Source: Antedon mediterranea (lineage: Eukaryota > Animalia > Echinodermata). From it: a DNA stretch of 64,000 nt. The number at the start of each line of letters is the position of its first letter. Positions within the stretch are counted from its first letter, which is position 1. The position numbers and the translations under genes were made by a program. The stretch is taken from contig NC_092673.1 in assembly GCF_964355755.1 (NCBI RefSeq), forward strand, positions 17,605,648-17,669,647. Reading direction: 5' to 3'. Of the stretch, positions 63,928-64,000 are shown one piece after another. The notes under the pieces were generated by a model, which saw nothing but the letters and a program-made list of their open reading frames with translations, was not told where the DNA came from and searched no databases.

Positions 63928-63939
63928 GATGGTGACACC
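63928..63939 (+). pseudogene. Gene 2 truncated ankyrin exon stub
   Basis: Intact acceptor attccttttcag|GATGGTGACAC, then an abrupt jump to intron-like AGATCTGATC. Confidence 0.7.
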
Positions 63940-64000
63940 AGATCTGATCTATGTTAAGATATTCTATTTTGTTCTCATTTATCAATAGTTAACAATTAGG

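Overview
AT-rich, intron-containing animal genomic DNA, probably a marine invertebrate (inferred from the TE spectrum and abundant TAGGCCTA octamers). The main host content is two tandem, paralogous + strand ankyrin-repeat genes that the ORF track misses because they are spliced. Gene 1 (CDS 21926-30872, ~296 aa if all exons are used) and gene 2 (CDS from 52319, running off the window) share one design: a micro-exon (MER), an N-cap exon, then an array of phase-0/phase-0 exons each encoding one 35-38 aa ankyrin repeat with a fixed framework and a hypervariable patch. Gene 1 also has a C-cap exon and an acidic tail. The layout resembles a natural DARPin-like combinatorial binder locus. The rest is mostly mobile DNA: a decayed CR1-type LINE with a PHD ORF1, a Rex1/Babar-type LINE, an intact single-ORF L2-type LINE, truncated LINEs, nested Mutator-like and Academ-like elements, a Helentron-type (HINE) element carrying a Harbinger derivative, Kolobok/Tc1/P-like MITEs and five tandem arrays. 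All exon models were read by eye and need RNA support; TE family names come from recalled motifs, not database searches.
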